Source of the DNA: a virus
Taxonomy: Duplodnaviria; Caudoviricetes
Strand: one strand, 5' to 3'
DNA length: 32,010 nucleotides
IMG/VR virus record: IMGVR_UViG_3300030098_004861
Coordinates: 1 to 32,010 of that record
Shown piece after piece: positions 31,902-32,010 of this stretch. The translations under genes and the position numbers were made by a program. The notes beneath the pieces are model-generated. The model did no database searches. It saw only the letters and a program-made list of their open reading frames with translations, and had not been told where the DNA came from. Every line of letters begins with the position of its first letter. The stretch's first letter is position 1.

Positions 31902-32010
31902 AACAATGCACCTCCAGCAGAACTTGTTTGTATCCAATTTAAATATCCACTATATGCTAGTCCTTGAATCACTCCTATACCTAATACATGCCCAAAACTA
32001 GTAGCAGCAA
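31898..32010 (-). CDS. psaK: photosystem I subunit X (PsaK), 3' end only; continues beyond the window
   Basis: Manual translation ...[36 protein letters not shown] matches the PsaK second TM helix (TSxGHxLGxGxIxGL). TGA 31900-31898 overlaps the psaE ATG. Not in the ORF track. Confidence 0.85.
   Translation of the reverse strand, partial: AATSFGHVLGIGVIQGLAYSGYLNWIQTSSAGGALL

Noticed and set aside
31902-31937. N-terminal extension [12 protein letters not shown] of PsaE in the ORF track
   Set aside because: This stretch is the psaK 3' end in another frame and holds the RBS for ATG 31901.
1-32010. tRNA or rRNA genes
   Set aside because: No cloverleaf or T-loop (GTTCRA) context was found in the few intergenic gaps.

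Overview
A 32-kb, AT-rich segment of a T4-like marine cyanomyovirus (Prochlorococcus/Synechococcus myophage type). Bases 1-2.5 kb hold small early-type hypothetical genes, near-perfect sigma70 promoters and a GT-A glycosyltransferase-like gene. They also hold a non-coding region (331-630) with four exact cyanobacterial-type DnaA boxes (TTTTCCACA) in two inverted pairs plus two near matches, and a strong promoter followed by ~200 nt with no obvious ORF. Bases 2.6-31.2 kb are the + strand late virion module: gp25, gp6, a 4066-aa gp7-like protein, gp8, a 2497-aa VrlC/DUF4815-like protein, two small structural/hypothetical genes, gp13, gp14, gp15 and gp16. Right after gp16, on the - strand, is the 3' end of a viral photosystem I cassette (partial psaK, then psaE, then psaD, joined by ATGA overlaps). 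Its subunits carry an insertion, an extension and substitutions on the ferredoxin-docking side. The most intriguing items are the oriC-like DnaA-box array in a T4-like phage and the remodelled PSI stromal subunits. All family assignments come from motif recognition by eye; no searches were run.
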